Notes: a model not told the origin generated them from the letters alone. Shown: positions 1-10,631, numbered from the stretch's first letter. The stretch: DNA of 64,000 bases from a bacterium (GCA_050943375.1 JBMNPB010000007.1:24163-88162); one strand, 5' to 3'. A program made the numbers and translations.

Positions 1-81
1 GACGGCTTGCCCGCCGATCGGAAGTTTTTTCTGCAATCTCAGCATCCCCTTTAGAAAAAAAGCAGAGCGGCTGCTCTGCGG

Positions 82-291
82 TTATTCGTTACTCTTGATG
101 CCATATTTTTTGTTGAACTTTTCGACGCGGCCGCCGCTGTCAACTATTCTCTGTTTTCCGGTGAAGAAGGGATGGCATTTTGAGCATATCTCAACGCGCA
201 AGTTCTTCTTCGTCGAACCGGTCGTAAAACTTTCCCCGCACGCGCAAGTTACGGTCGTTTCTTCGTAATCGGGATGAATATTTTCTTTCAC
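82..291 (-). CDS. rpmE: 50S ribosomal protein L31
   Basis: The 69-aa [12 protein letters not shown]...TCACG...[12 protein letters not shown] has the L31 zinc-ribbon signature. It sits immediately downstream of rho, as in Bacillus. Confidence 0.9.
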   Translation of the reverse strand: MKENIHPDYEETTVTCACGESFTTGSTKKNLRVEICSKCHPFFTGKQRIVDSGGRVEKFNKKYGIKSNE

Positions 292-395
292 GCATCAGCA
301 CCTCTTTCTTTCCGCCTTATCCGCATTAATTGAACCATTACATTATAGCACAAAAGGAAATCGGGCGCAATTGCCGTAGCAAAATTCACAAACCG

Positions 396-1646
396 TCAGC
401 GGATTTCTTTAGCCATCTGCTGAATGAAATCGGAATTCGCTTTCGTTTTCTTCAGCCGGTGCAGCAGCATTTCCGCTGCCTCGATATTCCCCAAGGGATA
501 AGTAAGCCGCCGGAGCGTCCACATCACATCCAGCTCCTCAGCCGAAACAAGCAACTCTTCCTTGCGGGTGCCGGAGCGCTTAATGTCGATGGCCGGGAAA
601 ATACGCTTCTCCGCCAGCTTCCGATCAAGATGCAATTCCATGTTGCCGGTGCCTTTGAATTCCTCATAGATGACGTCATCCATACGGCTGCCCGTCTCAA
701 TCAGGGTCGTCGCCAAAATGGTCAGACTGCCGCCTTCCTCGATGTTGCGGGCGGCTCCGAAAAACCGCTTTGGCTTGTGCAGAGAATTCGGATCGAGGCC
801 GCCGGAGAGCGTCCGTCCGCTCGGGGGAACGACAAGATTATGCGCCCGCGCGAGCCGCGTGATGCTGTCGAGGAGGATGACAACGTCTTTGTTCTGCTCG
901 ACAAGACGCTTCGCCCTTTCCATTACCATTTCCGCCACCTTGACATGGTTGTCCGGCAATTCGTCGAACGTCGAGCTGACGACTTCCCCGCGTACAGAGC
1001 GCTCCATATCGGTAACTTCCTCCGGCCGCTCGTCAATCAGGAGGACAATCAGATAAACATCGGGGTTATTCTCAGTCACCCCTTTGGCAATCTGTTTGAG
1101 CAAAATAGTCTTGCCCGCTTTCGGCGGCGCCACTATTAGCCCGCGCTGTCCTTTGCCGACGGGAGCGATTAAGTCAATCACGCGATTGGCGATTTCGCCG
1201 TCTTTCGTCTCCAGGCGCAACTTGTCCTGCGGATAAATCGGCGTCAGCGCATTGAAGTGAATCCGGGAAGCCGTCATTTCCGGATTGCCCCCATTGATTG
1301 CCTCCACCCGAAGCAGGGCAAAATAACGCTCGCTGTCTTTGGGGGGACGAACTTGGCCGGAGACCATGTCCCCGGTCAGCAAATTGAAGCGGCGAATTTG
1401 TGACGGCGAAACATAAATATCCTCCTGACTCGGCAGGTAATTGAACGGGCGCAGAAAACCAAAGCCATCCGTCATGATTTCAAGAATACCCTGGGCGAAC
1501 ATCAGCCCGTCCTTTTCCGTCTGCACCTTGATTATTTCGAAAATGAGTTGTTTTTTGCGCATGGTGTAATAGCCGGGGATATCCATTTTCCGGGCGATCT
1601 TGTAAAGCTCCAGCATTGTTTTTTCTTCCAGTTCCGGATAATTCAA
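396..1646 (-). CDS. rho: transcription termination factor Rho
   Basis: The 416-aa ORF has a Rho N-terminal domain ([25 protein letters not shown]), an OB fold, and a RecA-like ATPase with a Walker A motif (APPKAGKT). This is Rho-family architecture. Confidence 0.9.
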   Translation of the reverse strand: MNYPELEEKTMLELYKIARKMDIPGYYTMRKKQLIFEIIKVQTEKDGLMFAQGILEIMTDGFGFLRPFNYLPSQEDIYVSPSQIRRFNLLTGDMVSGQVRPPKDSERYFALLRVEAINGGNPEMTASRIHFNALTPIYPQDKLRLETKDGEIANRVIDLIAPVGKGQRGLIVAPPKAGKTILLKQIAKGVTENNPDVYLIVLLIDERPEEVTDMERSVRGEVVSSTFDELPDNHVKVAEMVMERAKRLVEQNKDVVILLDSITRLARAHNLVVPPSGRTLSGGLDPNSLHKPKRFFGAARNIEEGGSLTILATTLIETGSRMDDVIYEEFKGTGNMELHLDRKLAEKRIFPAIDIKRSGTRKEELLVSAEELDVMWTLRRLTYPLGNIEAAEMLLHRLKKTKANSDFIQQMAKEIR

Positions 1647-2584
1647 TCCGCCACCTACTTTGCCGTATATTTGATTGATTATTGCTGGCCGCCGTCTTCA
1701 CAAACAGAGCTTGTTGGCTATCTGATGGCAATTAAAATCAGTGGCGCCGCAAAAAAATACCGGCGGCAACCCGGCGCGGAATGCAGCACCATTTCTGCTT
1801 CCCGGTCATTTGCGACAAAAAAACGGTGCTATTCCAAAGCAAACCTGACGCAGAGCGCGGCACCGGCGGCCGCCGCCAGTGCGATGACAGGACGACCGCC
1901 CAATAATATTGGGGGAGAGACAGAAAGCAGTAAGTCGGAACGGCATCACCGCTGGCAAGAAGGTATGAACTTTAGCCCTGGCCGGCAGATTATCTTCCCG
2001 TCAGCCTGAGCACGGCGGATGATCATACCTTTACCTTCCCGGCAGCTCAGTTAATGGCAGAAACGGGAATGCTCATATAGGGAAACTGTTATTACGTCAT
2101 TGCCGGAGGCAGTATAGTTCCAAAGCATAAGAGATGAGAACGCTGATTTGCCAAGCGTTTTCCGTCATCAGGTAATGCTTTTGCTGCTTTCGCCGGCGGA
2201 GCAAACTATTGTTCATGCGAAAGACTGGAACCGCAACACGGCAATTTCTTTCATCTTGACGCATCTTGGCGGCAAATCACCATTAGGGCCGGTCCGCCCC
2301 GCCGACAACAACAATCGGGCGGCGACTACCGGCAAAGAAACAAAACGGCAAGATAAATTATTGTTAGAAGTATCGGCGGGAGGCAAACGAAGAAGTCGGG
2401 GAGAGAAAGGGAAACCCGCTTTGTATAACATACCCGGGAACCCGGCGGCCTAAACAAAAAATAAGCGGAGCCCCCATCCTACCAATTACTCATCAGATGA
2501 AGGTTCCACCTTTAACAAATGCGCAGGAGGATCTGTGCAAAGTTTTCCTTATATAGCTTATTATACCATGGCTATTCAGCAGCG

Positions 2585-3238
2585 TCAAATATTTTTGCCG
2601 CCAGAGCGCTCCCAATCGCGCAGAAATTTTTCGAGTCCCAGTTCTGTCAGCGGATGTCTTATCATCTGCTCAATCAGTTTAAATGGCACGGTGGCGATAT
2701 GAGCGCCGGCCTTGGCCGCCTCGACCACATGACGGGGATGGCGGATACTGGCCGCAATAATCTCCGCCGCGATCCCGTGCCGGGCAAAGATGGCAGCTGT
2801 ATCCCGGACGACCTCCATGCCGTCGTGGCCGATGTCATCCAGCCGGCCGATAAACGGGCTGACGTAAGTGCCGCCGGCCCGGGCGGCAAGGAGCGCCTGC
2901 GTGACCGAGAAGATCAAGGTGACATTCGTCTTGATTCCCCGGCCGGCCAGAATTTTGACCGCTTTGAGGCCTTCCAGCGTCAGCGGGATTTTGATAACCA
3001 CATTCGGAGCGACAGCGGCAAGGCGCACCGCCTCCGTGATCATTGTCTCAGTCGTCGTGCCGATGACTTCGGCGCTGACCGGCCCGTCGACCACCCCGGC
3101 AATCCGCGGCAGCAGATCAGCGAAAGCGCCGTCTTCTCGCGCCACGAGCGAGGGATTCGTCGTCACGCCGGCAATTACCCCAATCTCGGTTGCCTGCCTG
3201 ATCTCTTCCAAATTGGCCGAATCCAGAAAGAATTCCAA
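2585..3238 (-). CDS. tal: transaldolase (Tal/Fsa family, short type)
   Basis: The ORF track begins at a GTG at 3274. A strong RBS (AGGAGGGG) lies 5-6 nt before an internal TTG at 3238, which gives [32 protein letters not shown], the canonical short-transaldolase N-terminus. Synteny with glpX and fba matches Bacillus ywjH. Confidence 0.75.
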   Translation of the reverse strand: MEFFLDSANLEEIRQATEIGVIAGVTTNPSLVAREDGAFADLLPRIAGVVDGPVSAEVIGTTTETMITEAVRLAAVAPNVVIKIPLTLEGLKAVKILAGRGIKTNVTLIFSVTQALLAARAGGTYVSPFIGRLDDIGHDGMEVVRDTAAIFARHGIAAEIIAASIRHPRHVVEAAKAGAHIATVPFKLIEQMIRHPLTELGLEKFLRDWERSGGKNI

Positions 3239-3267
3239 AGCTACCCCTCCTATCCGGATCGCTTTGC

Positions 3268-4266
3268 TCAGCACTCATTATCCCATTTCTCTTTGAACTT
3301 CGCGAGAATCGGTTTGCGGTTCAGCTGATGGACCGCCTCGATAAAACGAATCGTGCCCGTCTTAGCCCTGGTCACGACCGAATGGGTCCTGACCCCGTTG
3401 CCGGAAAAACGGACACCGCGCAGCCAGTCGCCTTCCGTGATGCCCGTTGCGGCAAAAATCACATCGTCGCCACGCACGATATCGTCCATTAGCAGGACTC
3501 TTCTTGTATCGGTTAGGCCCATCGCCCTGATCCGTTCATTTTCCGCTTCATTTTGCGGGACAAGACGGCCCTGCAGTTCGCCGCCGAGACTGCGCAGGGC
3601 GGCCGCCGCCAACACTCCTTCCGGCGCCCCGCCGATCCCCATCAGAATATCGACTCCGGTATCTTCGATGGCCGTCGCAATCGCCGCCTCGACATCCCCG
3701 TCGCTGATCAGTTTTACCCTTGCCCCGGCTTTCCTGACTTCGCCAATAATTTGCGCATGGCGGGGGCGATCGAGCAGCGTCACTGTCAGATCCCGGATGG
3801 CGCAATTCTTCGCCTTGGCCACCTGACTCAGATTATCGTAGACCGGGGCATCGATATCAATACAGCCGGCCGCCGACGGCCCGACCGCGATTTTTTCCAT
3901 ATACATATCAGGGGCGTGGAGCAGGCAGCCTCGCTCCGCTACCGCGAGCGTCGCAATTGCACCGGGCAGGCCTTTCGCCACCAAATTCGTCCCTTCCAAG
4001 GGATCGACGGCAATATCGACGAGAGGCGGCTTGCCGGAACCGACCCGCTCACCGATATACAACATCGGCGCCTCGTCAATTTCCCCTTCCCCGATGACGA
4101 CGACACCGTCAATCTGCACCGTGTCGAAAACGGCCCGCATGGCGTCAACGGCGGCACCATCGGCTGCTTCCTTATCGCCGCGGCCCATCCAGCGCGCCGC
4201 GGCGATGGCGGCCGCCTCAGTAACCCGCACAAATTCCAAGGCCAGTTCTCTTTCCAAAATCGTCAC
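3268..4266 (-). CDS. glpX: fructose-1,6-bisphosphatase class II (GlpX)
   Basis: The 332-aa ORF has a GlpX-type N-terminus ([38 protein letters not shown]). Neighbours match Bacillus. Confidence 0.85.
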   Translation of the reverse strand: MTILERELALEFVRVTEAAAIAAARWMGRGDKEAADGAAVDAMRAVFDTVQIDGVVVIGEGEIDEAPMLYIGERVGSGKPPLVDIAVDPLEGTNLVAKGLPGAIATLAVAERGCLLHAPDMYMEKIAVGPSAAGCIDIDAPVYDNLSQVAKAKNCAIRDLTVTLLDRPRHAQIIGEVRKAGARVKLISDGDVEAAIATAIEDTGVDILMGIGGAPEGVLAAAALRSLGGELQGRLVPQNEAENERIRAMGLTDTRRVLLMDDIVRGDDVIFAATGITEGDWLRGVRFSGNGVRTHSVVTRAKTGTIRFIEAVHQLNRKPILAKFKEKWDNEC

Positions 4267-4311
4267 TCCTTCTGCCGGTGTCCGATAAAGAAGAGCAGGT
4301 TTTTTTCTGCT

Positions 4312-5166
4312 CTAAGCTTTGCCGTTGCAGCCGAAAACTCCGATTTTCTGCCGGATAACGACTTTCATCGCTTCCTTGGCCGGACCCAATACTTTGCGTG
4401 GGTCGAATATTCCCGGGTCGGCGGCAAGGATCTCCCTCATTTTGTCAGTGAACGCCTGCATATTGTCGGTATTAACATTGACTTTGCGGACACCGAGCCC
4501 AATCGCACGGCGGACGCTTTCGTCCGGAATTCCTGAGCCGCCATGCAGGACAATCGGAATATTGACACGGCGGCGAATTTCGGTCAGCCGGTCAAAATCA
4601 AGTTTCGGCTCCAATTTATAGTGGCCGTGAGCCGAGCCGACCGCCACAGCAATTGAGTCGACTCCGGTCTCCCGGACAAATCTTTCTGCTTCTGCCGGGT
4701 CCGTGAAGAGAGATTCCCGCTCGCTGACGAAAACATTGTCTTCGGTCCCAGTGATTTTTCCCAACTCGCCTTCCACCGAGACACCGACGGCATGGCCAGC
4801 CTCGACCACTCTCCTGGTCAATTCAATGTTCTCATCCAGAGGATACTTGGAACCATCGACCATAACAGAGCTAAATCCGGCCCGAATGCACTGCATGGCC
4901 TGTTCGAAGCTGTGCCCGTGGTCAAGATGAATGGCCACGGGGACGGAGACCATCTCGGCGGCGATCCGGGCGATGGCAACGGCGTAATCAATGCCGACGT
5001 ATTTGATGGCGCCTTCGCTCGCCTGCAAAATTACGGGAGCGCGTTCCTCTTCCGCCGCCTCAACAACACCTTGGACAAATTCCAGATTGTTGATATTGAA
5101 AGCGCCAACGGCATAACCGCCTGCCTCCGCATCTTTGAGCATTTGCGCGACTGTCACCAATGGCAT
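4312..5166 (-). CDS. fba: fructose-bisphosphate aldolase class II
   Basis: The 284-aa ORF (MPLVTVAQMLKDAEAGGYAVGAFNINNLEFVQG...HLDHG...) has the metal-binding motifs of class II FBA. Confidence 0.9.
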   Translation of the reverse strand: MPLVTVAQMLKDAEAGGYAVGAFNINNLEFVQGVVEAAEEERAPVILQASEGAIKYVGIDYAVAIARIAAEMVSVPVAIHLDHGHSFEQAMQCIRAGFSSVMVDGSKYPLDENIELTRRVVEAGHAVGVSVEGELGKITGTEDNVFVSERESLFTDPAEAERFVRETGVDSIAVAVGSAHGHYKLEPKLDFDRLTEIRRRVNIPIVLHGGSGIPDESVRRAIGLGVRKVNVNTDNMQAFTDKMREILAADPGIFDPRKVLGPAKEAMKVVIRQKIGVFGCNGKA

Positions 5167-5193
5167 TTCGCTACCCCTTCTTCCATATCATTG

Positions 5194-5844
5194 TCAATGC
5201 TTCCGCCGGCGCAACGGCCGGAAATTGCTCGCATCCAGATACGCAAAACCATGTTCGACCATTTCAATATTCTCAAACTTCTGCACCACCCGCAAATCGT
5301 CGTCCGTTTCCGCGTAGATGATGCTGCAGCTGTTGCACTGCGGGCAACGCAACTCCAACCGTTCCGGATACAACTCCACTTCAATTTTCCGGTTCCCGCA
5401 CTGACAATATAACCCCTTCTTTTCAGCGATATCATGCAGATGATTGAGAATTTCGAACATTATTCCCGGGTTAACGAAATAATCGTCAAAACCGGCGGTG
5501 GTCTCGTCATCCCAAAACTCGGCTGCTGCCCGTACTTGCGATTCGCTGCCGAGAAAGCCCAATTCCTGGCCGGAGCCCGGACAAAGCATGTCTTCCAGTT
5601 CGCTCGTCCACAGCTCTTCGCCCGTGAACCGAAAAAGATGATCCGTCTCGCAAACAACGCAGGGAATCTGTAGCCAGAAATTTTTGTGGTCTTTAGTGCC
5701 GACAATTGCTTTCCGAAAACCGCATTGGCAGTGAATGTGGTGCGTTTTCTTCCCCGAGAAGGAAAAAAGCGAGAGAACGTGATAATCAAGTTTGCCGCAT
5801 AATGAACAACGGAGCGCCAAATACTTTTCTGCCAACAGCTTCAA
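5194..5844 (-). CDS. hypothetical multi-CxxC zinc-ribbon protein (occupies the ywjG position between fba and spo0F)
   Basis: The 216-aa ORF has at least four CxxC pairs (CSLCGK, CQCG, CVVCE, CQCGN...CPQCNSC). No catalytic motif was recognised. Its position matches B. subtilis ywjG, which is a synteny inference only. Confidence 0.5.
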   Translation of the reverse strand: MKLLAEKYLALRCSLCGKLDYHVLSLFSFSGKKTHHIHCQCGFRKAIVGTKDHKNFWLQIPCVVCETDHLFRFTGEELWTSELEDMLCPGSGQELGFLGSESQVRAAAEFWDDETTAGFDDYFVNPGIMFEILNHLHDIAEKKGLYCQCGNRKIEVELYPERLELRCPQCNSCSIIYAETDDDLRVVQKFENIEMVEHGFAYLDASNFRPLRRRKH

Positions 5845-5906
5845 ACACCATCCCCCCTCACGACGTAGTATTTCGGCACGGTCAGGAAATATCCTCTCAG
5901 CCTAAT

Positions 5907-6293
5907 TTATTCTTTCTCCCTTTGCTCCGCCACCAGCCGGCCGACCAAATCTTTCAGTTCGTTCACGTCGAAAGGCTTTGTGATATGTGCGCGCGCGCCG
6001 AGCGACATCGCTTCCTTAACTATCTCCAGCTCGCCGTAAGCGGTCATCAGGATGACGCAGATTTGCAGCCCGTGCTGCCGAAGCTCCCGCAGCGTAGCCA
6101 GACCGTCCATGCCGGGCATTTTCATATCAAGCAGCATGATGTCCGGATTGAACTGCTGCACCTGTCTTATCGCCTCGCGGCCATCAGCGGCAAGATGGAC
6201 AATGTATTCATCGCGCCTGAATACTTCCGACAACAATCTTCTTACACCTTTTTGGTCATCCGCCACAAGAATGGTGATTTGACTTTTTGCCAC
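5907..6293 (-). CDS. spo0F: sporulation initiation phosphotransferase Spo0F (single-domain response regulator)
   Basis: The 128-aa stand-alone receiver (ILVADDQKGVRRLL...DIMLLDMKMPGMDGLATL...MTAYGELE...KPFDVNEL) closely resembles B. subtilis Spo0F. It sits next to fba, as in Bacillus. Confidence 0.8.
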   Translation of the reverse strand: MAKSQITILVADDQKGVRRLLSEVFRRDEYIVHLAADGREAIRQVQQFNPDIMLLDMKMPGMDGLATLRELRQHGLQICVILMTAYGELEIVKEAMSLGARAHITKPFDVNELKDLVGRLVAEQREKE

Positions 6294-6629
6294 GTTCCTT
6301 CCCCCTCAAGCGTTACTTCTGCGGCTTTGTCCCGACGCAATATTCCGACGGGATAGTGCCGCGGCAGCATCAGTCTCCGCTCCGCTCAAATCAAGTCTCC
6401 GCCGGCCGCTCCTTGGCTGAACCGTTCCCTGTATTGCTAGTGTAGCTTTCGACAATGAGAAAATTTTTCCTTCTCCCGCCCAAAATGGACATGTTAATAC
6501 TGAGCCGGAAGAAAGAGTTACCATTGCGCGGGCGAAGCAGGTGCGATAGAATCATTATGCCAGATATTTCGACATTATTCGATTTATTATGATTCTCAGC
6601 TTCTTTTTCAAAAGGAGTAGCCAAAAATA

Positions 6630-6678
6630 TATCGAATTGATATAATCGTTGTCGTCATTATATTTAATTCAAGGAGGC
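6630..6678 (+). promoter_or_regulatory. putative sigma-A extended -10 promoter (TGATATAAT) plus RBS AAGGAGG for the MFS gene
   Basis: An AT-rich 200-bp block precedes the gene. TGnTATAAT lies at about 6634-6642, AAGGAGG at 6672-6678 and the ATG at 6686. Confidence 0.35.
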
Positions 6679-6685
6679 GTTTTTT

Positions 6686-8017
6686 ATGTCCCGCACCGCA
6701 GAAATTACCGCCGAAAAAAGCTTGGTCCAAAAAATGCTGTCATATCGGTGGGTGATTTTCGGCGTCCTGGCGACAGGCTATATGTTTTCTATTTTCCATC
6801 GCCTGTCCCCGTCCATCATGACGACGGATCTGATGAATACGTTCGGCATTAACGCGGCCGCCATGGGCATCCTTGGCTCCATGTATTTCTATCCATATTC
6901 TCTGATGCAGTTGCCGGCCGGAGTCCTCGCCGATACCGTCGGTCCGCGCAAAATGGCGACGCTGTCGATGGCCCTCGCAGGTACAGGAGCGATTTTGTTC
7001 GCCGTTTCGCCCAATTTTCAGGTGCTCCTCGTTGCCCGTCTGCTGATTGGGCTCGGTCTCTCCCTCATCTATGTGCCGACGCTGAAAATTTTCGCCGTCT
7101 GGTTCCGGCCGAATGAATTTGCGACGGCTACGGGAATGCTCGTCTCGGCCGGTAATATCGGCGGTCTCGTTGCCTCCACGCCGCTCGCCCTCATGCTCGT
7201 CGCTTTCGGCTGGCGGTGGTCTGTTGGCGTCATCGGTATCATCTCCGTCGCCCTCGCCTTCCTGGTTTACGCCGTCGTGCGGAACTCCCCGCGCGATATG
7301 GGCTACCCAACTCTCGACGAAATCGACAATGTGCCCGAAGATCAGCGCGCGGCGGAAAAACCCCCTTCCATCTCCGCGGCCATCAAAACTGTCCTCGGCA
7401 ACAAATATTTCTGGCCGATGGCCATCCGGAGTTTCTCGTCGTACGGAGTATTGATGTCGCTGCAGAGCCTTTGGGGCGCGCCTTTCCTGCAGCAAATCGT
7501 CGGCGTCGATACCATCCGGGCCGGGAATATTCTGATGATGGTCGCGCTCGGAGGTATTGTCACACCGGCTATCGGCGGCTACCTCTCCGACAAAGTGTTC
7601 CGCTCCCGCAAAGGTATCACCATTTTCGCCGCCACTCTGAGCACGTTGGGTTACATTCCTCTCGCTTTCATGACCGGAACCGTCACTCCCGCTTTTCTCT
7701 ATGTCTGGTTCTTCCTCCTTGGGGCTTCGGGGGGTCTGGGCATGGCCGGTCTCGCCATGGTTAAGGAGCTTTTCCCGCCTACCCTCACCGGGACAGTGAA
7801 CGGCATCAACAACTTCTTCGTTATGTTCGGCGGAGCCATCTATCAGGTCATCACCGGCATGATTATCAATAGTTATCAACAAATCGGCCCCAACATTTAC
7901 CCGGTAGAAGCGTACTCGGCCTGCTTTAAATTCCTCTTCTGCAGCATGGTTGTCGGGACCGTCGCCCTCTGCTTCGCAAAAGAAACGATGGGCAAAAATA
8001 AGAAAGCGGCCGCATAA
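6686..8017 (+). CDS. MFS transporter
   Basis: The 443-aa ORF is hydrophobic with about 12 predicted TM segments and MFS-like loops (GPRKMATLSMA, RSRKGITIF). Confidence 0.8.
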   Translation: MSRTAEITAEKSLVQKMLSYRWVIFGVLATGYMFSIFHRLSPSIMTTDLMNTFGINAAAMGILGSMYFYPYSLMQLPAGVLADTVGPRKMATLSMALAGTGAILFAVSPNFQVLLVARLLIGLGLSLIYVPTLKIFAVWFRPNEFATATGMLVSAGNIGGLVASTPLALMLVAFGWRWSVGVIGIISVALAFLVYAVVRNSPRDMGYPTLDEIDNVPEDQRAAEKPPSISAAIKTVLGNKYFWPMAIRSFSSYGVLMSLQSLWGAPFLQQIVGVDTIRAGNILMMVALGGIVTPAIGGYLSDKVFRSRKGITIFAATLSTLGYIPLAFMTGTVTPAFLYVWFFLLGASGGLGMAGLAMVKELFPPTLTGTVNGINNFFVMFGGAIYQVITGMIINSYQQIGPNIYPVEAYSACFKFLFCSMVVGTVALCFAKETMGKNKKAAA

Positions 8018-8032
8018 TAAATCAGGTTGAGA

Positions 8033-8060
8033 CATCCGGGCAAACGCCCGGATGTTTTTT
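8033..8060 (+). terminator. rho-independent terminator after the MFS gene
   Basis: catccgggc-aaac-gcccggatg is followed by TTTTTT. Confidence 0.65.
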
Positions 8061-8328
8061 CGGACAAAACAACAAGGGGAGCGTCGCACGCGAAGCACTC
8101 CCCTTGCTGTCTCTGATAACATCGGAAAACCGATATTAAATGGGAATAATATTCGCTACATTCTTTCCCTTTCCTCCCAAATCGGCAAAAAACCGTCCTT
8201 TTTTTGAAAAAATAACGCCGGGCCGGCTGAGCGGCCGCCCGCCTGGCAGGTATTTGGCGATCACCGCCGAATTATTCAGCAATACAATTATGGTAAATTT
8301 GCCGCTGACAGGCTGGAGGTCGGATGCC

Positions 8329-9342
8329 ATGTCCCGTTCCGGTTCGCCCCGTGGGGCGCAAAAAGCCGCCATATTGATGATTTCACTCGGCCCGGAAGTT
8401 TCGGCTCGCATTTTCAGGTATCTTCGGGATGACGAAATCGAGCGGATTACGCTGGAGATCGCCAATCAACGCCGGGTCGCCCCGGAAACAAAAGAAAAAA
8501 TTCTCGAGGAATTCCATAGCATGTGCTTGGCCCAGAACTATATCGCACAGGGCGGTGTCGAATATGCCAAGGAAGTCCTGGAAAAAGCCCTGGGCGAAAA
8601 CAAGGCTGTTGATATTATCAACCGCCTGACCACGTCGCTTCAAGTGCGGCCATTCGATTTCGCCCGGCGGACTGATCCGGGCCAGCTTCTGAACTTCATC
8701 CAGAATGAGCATCCTCAGACCATCGCCCTCGTCATGGCACATTTGAACCCGGAGCAGGCAGCGGCGATTCTTTCCTCCCTGGCACCGGAAATCCAGATCG
8801 ATGTCACCAAACGCATCGCTATGATGGACCGGACTTCACCGGAAATAATCCGTGAAGTCGAAAGAGTGCTCGAAGACAAAGTCGCCTCCCTCGCCCCGCA
8901 AGATTTCACGGCAACTGGCGGTGTCGGCTCCGTCGTCGACATTCTGAACCGGGTCGATCGCGGCACGGAGCGGACGATCATGAATGTCCTGGAAGTGCGG
9001 GATCCGGGCCTGGCCGAGGAAATCAAGCGGCGGCTGTTCGTTTTCGAGGATATCGTCACCCTGGACGATCGCTCCATCCAGCGCGTCCTGCGGGAAATCG
9101 ATCTGTTGAAGGATTTGCCGCTCGCGCTCAAGACGGCAAGCGAGGATGTCAGAGAAATAATTACGCGGAATCTCTCCAAACGCGCCGTCGAAACTCTGGA
9201 CGAGAATATCAGTTTTCTCGGACCGGTCCGGCTGCGTGACATTGAGGACGCCCAGCAGAAAATCGTCAATATCATTCGCAAGCTGGAAGAACAAAACGAA
9301 ATTATTATCGCCCGCGGCGGCGGCGACGAACTGATTGTCTGA
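8329..9342 (+). CDS. fliG: flagellar motor switch protein FliG (orphan copy)
   Basis: The ORF track begins at 8140, but GGAGG at 8313-8317 precedes the ATG at 8329, giving MSRSGSPRGAQKAAILMISLGPE, a typical FliG start. The middle domain (EHPQTIALVMAHLNPEQAAAILSSLAPEIQIDVTKRIAMMD) and the C-terminal torque domain support the call. No other flagellar gene is in the window. Confidence 0.8.
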   Translation: MSRSGSPRGAQKAAILMISLGPEVSARIFRYLRDDEIERITLEIANQRRVAPETKEKILEEFHSMCLAQNYIAQGGVEYAKEVLEKALGENKAVDIINRLTTSLQVRPFDFARRTDPGQLLNFIQNEHPQTIALVMAHLNPEQAAAILSSLAPEIQIDVTKRIAMMDRTSPEIIREVERVLEDKVASLAPQDFTATGGVGSVVDILNRVDRGTERTIMNVLEVRDPGLAEEIKRRLFVFEDIVTLDDRSIQRVLREIDLLKDLPLALKTASEDVREIITRNLSKRAVETLDENISFLGPVRLRDIEDAQQKIVNIIRKLEEQNEIIIARGGGDELIV

Positions 9343-9343
9343 G

Positions 9344-9373
9344 AAAACCGGGGAGCCTTCGCTCTCCGGTTTT
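9344..9373. terminator. bidirectional rho-independent terminator between fliG and ctpA
   Basis: AAAA-ccgggga-gccttcgc-tctccgg-TTTT. The hairpin carries a G.U pair and has an A-tract 5' and a T-tract 3'. It overlaps the ctpA stop codon. Confidence 0.5.
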
Positions 9374-10478
9374 AGTTCAGCAATGCTTCAATTGCGGCGA
9401 TTCCCGCCGCGAGTTGTCTGTCCCCGGACTCGCCCGATCCAGCCGGGACAAACCGGTCCGGCTTGATTCCTTCTCTTTCGATGCGCCGCCCGTCCGGCGT
9501 CAGATAACTGGCAACAGTCACTCTCAGCCCGCCGTCCCCCAATCCGTACAGAGTCTGAATGGTTCCTTTGCCGAACGTCCGGGTGCCAACGAGAAGACCG
9601 GCGCCGCTATCCTGTACTGCCCCGGCTACAATCTCGGCCGTACTGGCCGTCCTGCCGTCGACGAGGATAACGAGCGGCAGCGCCAGCCCTTCCCCTTCCG
9701 CCCGCAGTGTTTCCCGCTGCCCGTTCCGGCTGAGGATGTGTACGATCGGTCCGGCCGGCAGCAAGGCGTCGGCGACAGCCACTCCCTGCCCGAGGAGCCC
9801 GCCGGGATTGCCCCGCAGGTCCAAGATGATTCCCTTCACCCCGCCCGCCTGAAATTCGTTCAGTTCCCGGACGAAATTCACTTGGGCGTGCTCATTGAAC
9901 GAGGCGATGGACACATATCCAATATCGCCGCCGATAATTCTGGCCTCCACCGGGTTGATCCGGATGATTTCCCGGCCGAGGACGAGGGGACCAATTACCA
10001 CCCCGTTCCGCTCCAGCCCGAGGACGACCGGCGTGCCTGTCTCGCCTTGCAGCAGATCGGCCGCAGTAGCAAAAGAACCGACAGCGTCTTGCCCGTCAAT
10101 CGTCATAATCACGTCGCCGGGTCGGATGCCGGCCCGGGCGGCCGGGCTGTCTGGGTAGACCGCCGCAATCAGGGTATTAGTGCCGTCTTCCTGTATCACA
10201 ACTCCGATACCGCCGTAAGTGCCGAGCGTCTCAGTCAGGAAAGTTGCGTATTCCTCGCTGTCCATGTACATGGTGTAAGGATCACCCAGCGCCTGCGCCG
10301 AACGGCGCAAAAGGAACTCGGCGAGACAGCCGGCCGCCTGTAGCGGATCGGCCTGCATCACAGTCCGCCAGATTCCAGTTGCCGGCAAGGCGGTCAACGC
10401 CGCAAATTCAGCTGCGGCGCTCGCCCCGGCAATGAACAGAAGCAGGAGGACCGCCAAAGTTTTCTTCATCCGGCGCAT
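9372..10478 (-). CDS. ctpA: carboxyl-terminal processing protease (S41 family, PDZ-containing)
   Basis: The 368-aa ORF has a signal peptide, a PDZ region (GIRPGDVIMTIDGQDAVG) and an S41 catalytic region (LVDGRTASTAEIVAGA...GTRTFGKGTIQT). Confidence 0.85.
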   Translation of the reverse strand: MRRMKKTLAVLLLLFIAGASAAAEFAALTALPATGIWRTVMQADPLQAAGCLAEFLLRRSAQALGDPYTMYMDSEEYATFLTETLGTYGGIGVVIQEDGTNTLIAAVYPDSPAARAGIRPGDVIMTIDGQDAVGSFATAADLLQGETGTPVVLGLERNGVVIGPLVLGREIIRINPVEARIIGGDIGYVSIASFNEHAQVNFVRELNEFQAGGVKGIILDLRGNPGGLLGQGVAVADALLPAGPIVHILSRNGQRETLRAEGEGLALPLVILVDGRTASTAEIVAGAVQDSGAGLLVGTRTFGKGTIQTLYGLGDGGLRVTVASYLTPDGRRIEREGIKPDRFVPAGSGESGDRQLAAGIAAIEALLN

Positions 10479-10576
10479 AGCGCCTCACCACCTTCGGCGA
10501 AGGCTTTGGTCCGTAAGTAATCCTATCTTTGATTTATTCCACACGCCGGTGCGCTATCCCTTTTAACCCGATACAG

Positions 10577-10615
10577 CCAAAAGGCGGGAGCCATTCTCGG
10601 GAGCCTCCCGCCTTT
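10577..10615 (-). terminator. putative terminator downstream of the 63-aa ORF
   Basis: The 10-bp stem aaggcgggag/ctcccgcctt has a 14-nt loop. A short T-run follows on the minus strand. Confidence 0.35.
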
Positions 10616-10631
10616 GCCGGACAGATTGCCG

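Noticed and set aside
6740-8122. 460-aa ORF antisense to the MFS gene, and similar long antisense ORFs (18670..20313, 3553..4536, 9414..10343, 26845..28062, 43143..43775)
   Set aside because: These are Arg/Gly/Pro-rich low-complexity translations typical of the reverse strand of GC-rich genes. Each one is fully overlapped by a well-supported gene on the opposite strand.
8110-8135. Sigma-D (flagellar sigma) promoter upstream of fliG, because of the CCGATAT -10-like hexamer
   Set aside because: No TAAA -35 lies at the required 15-16 nt spacing. The match is confined to the -10 and is too weak to call.
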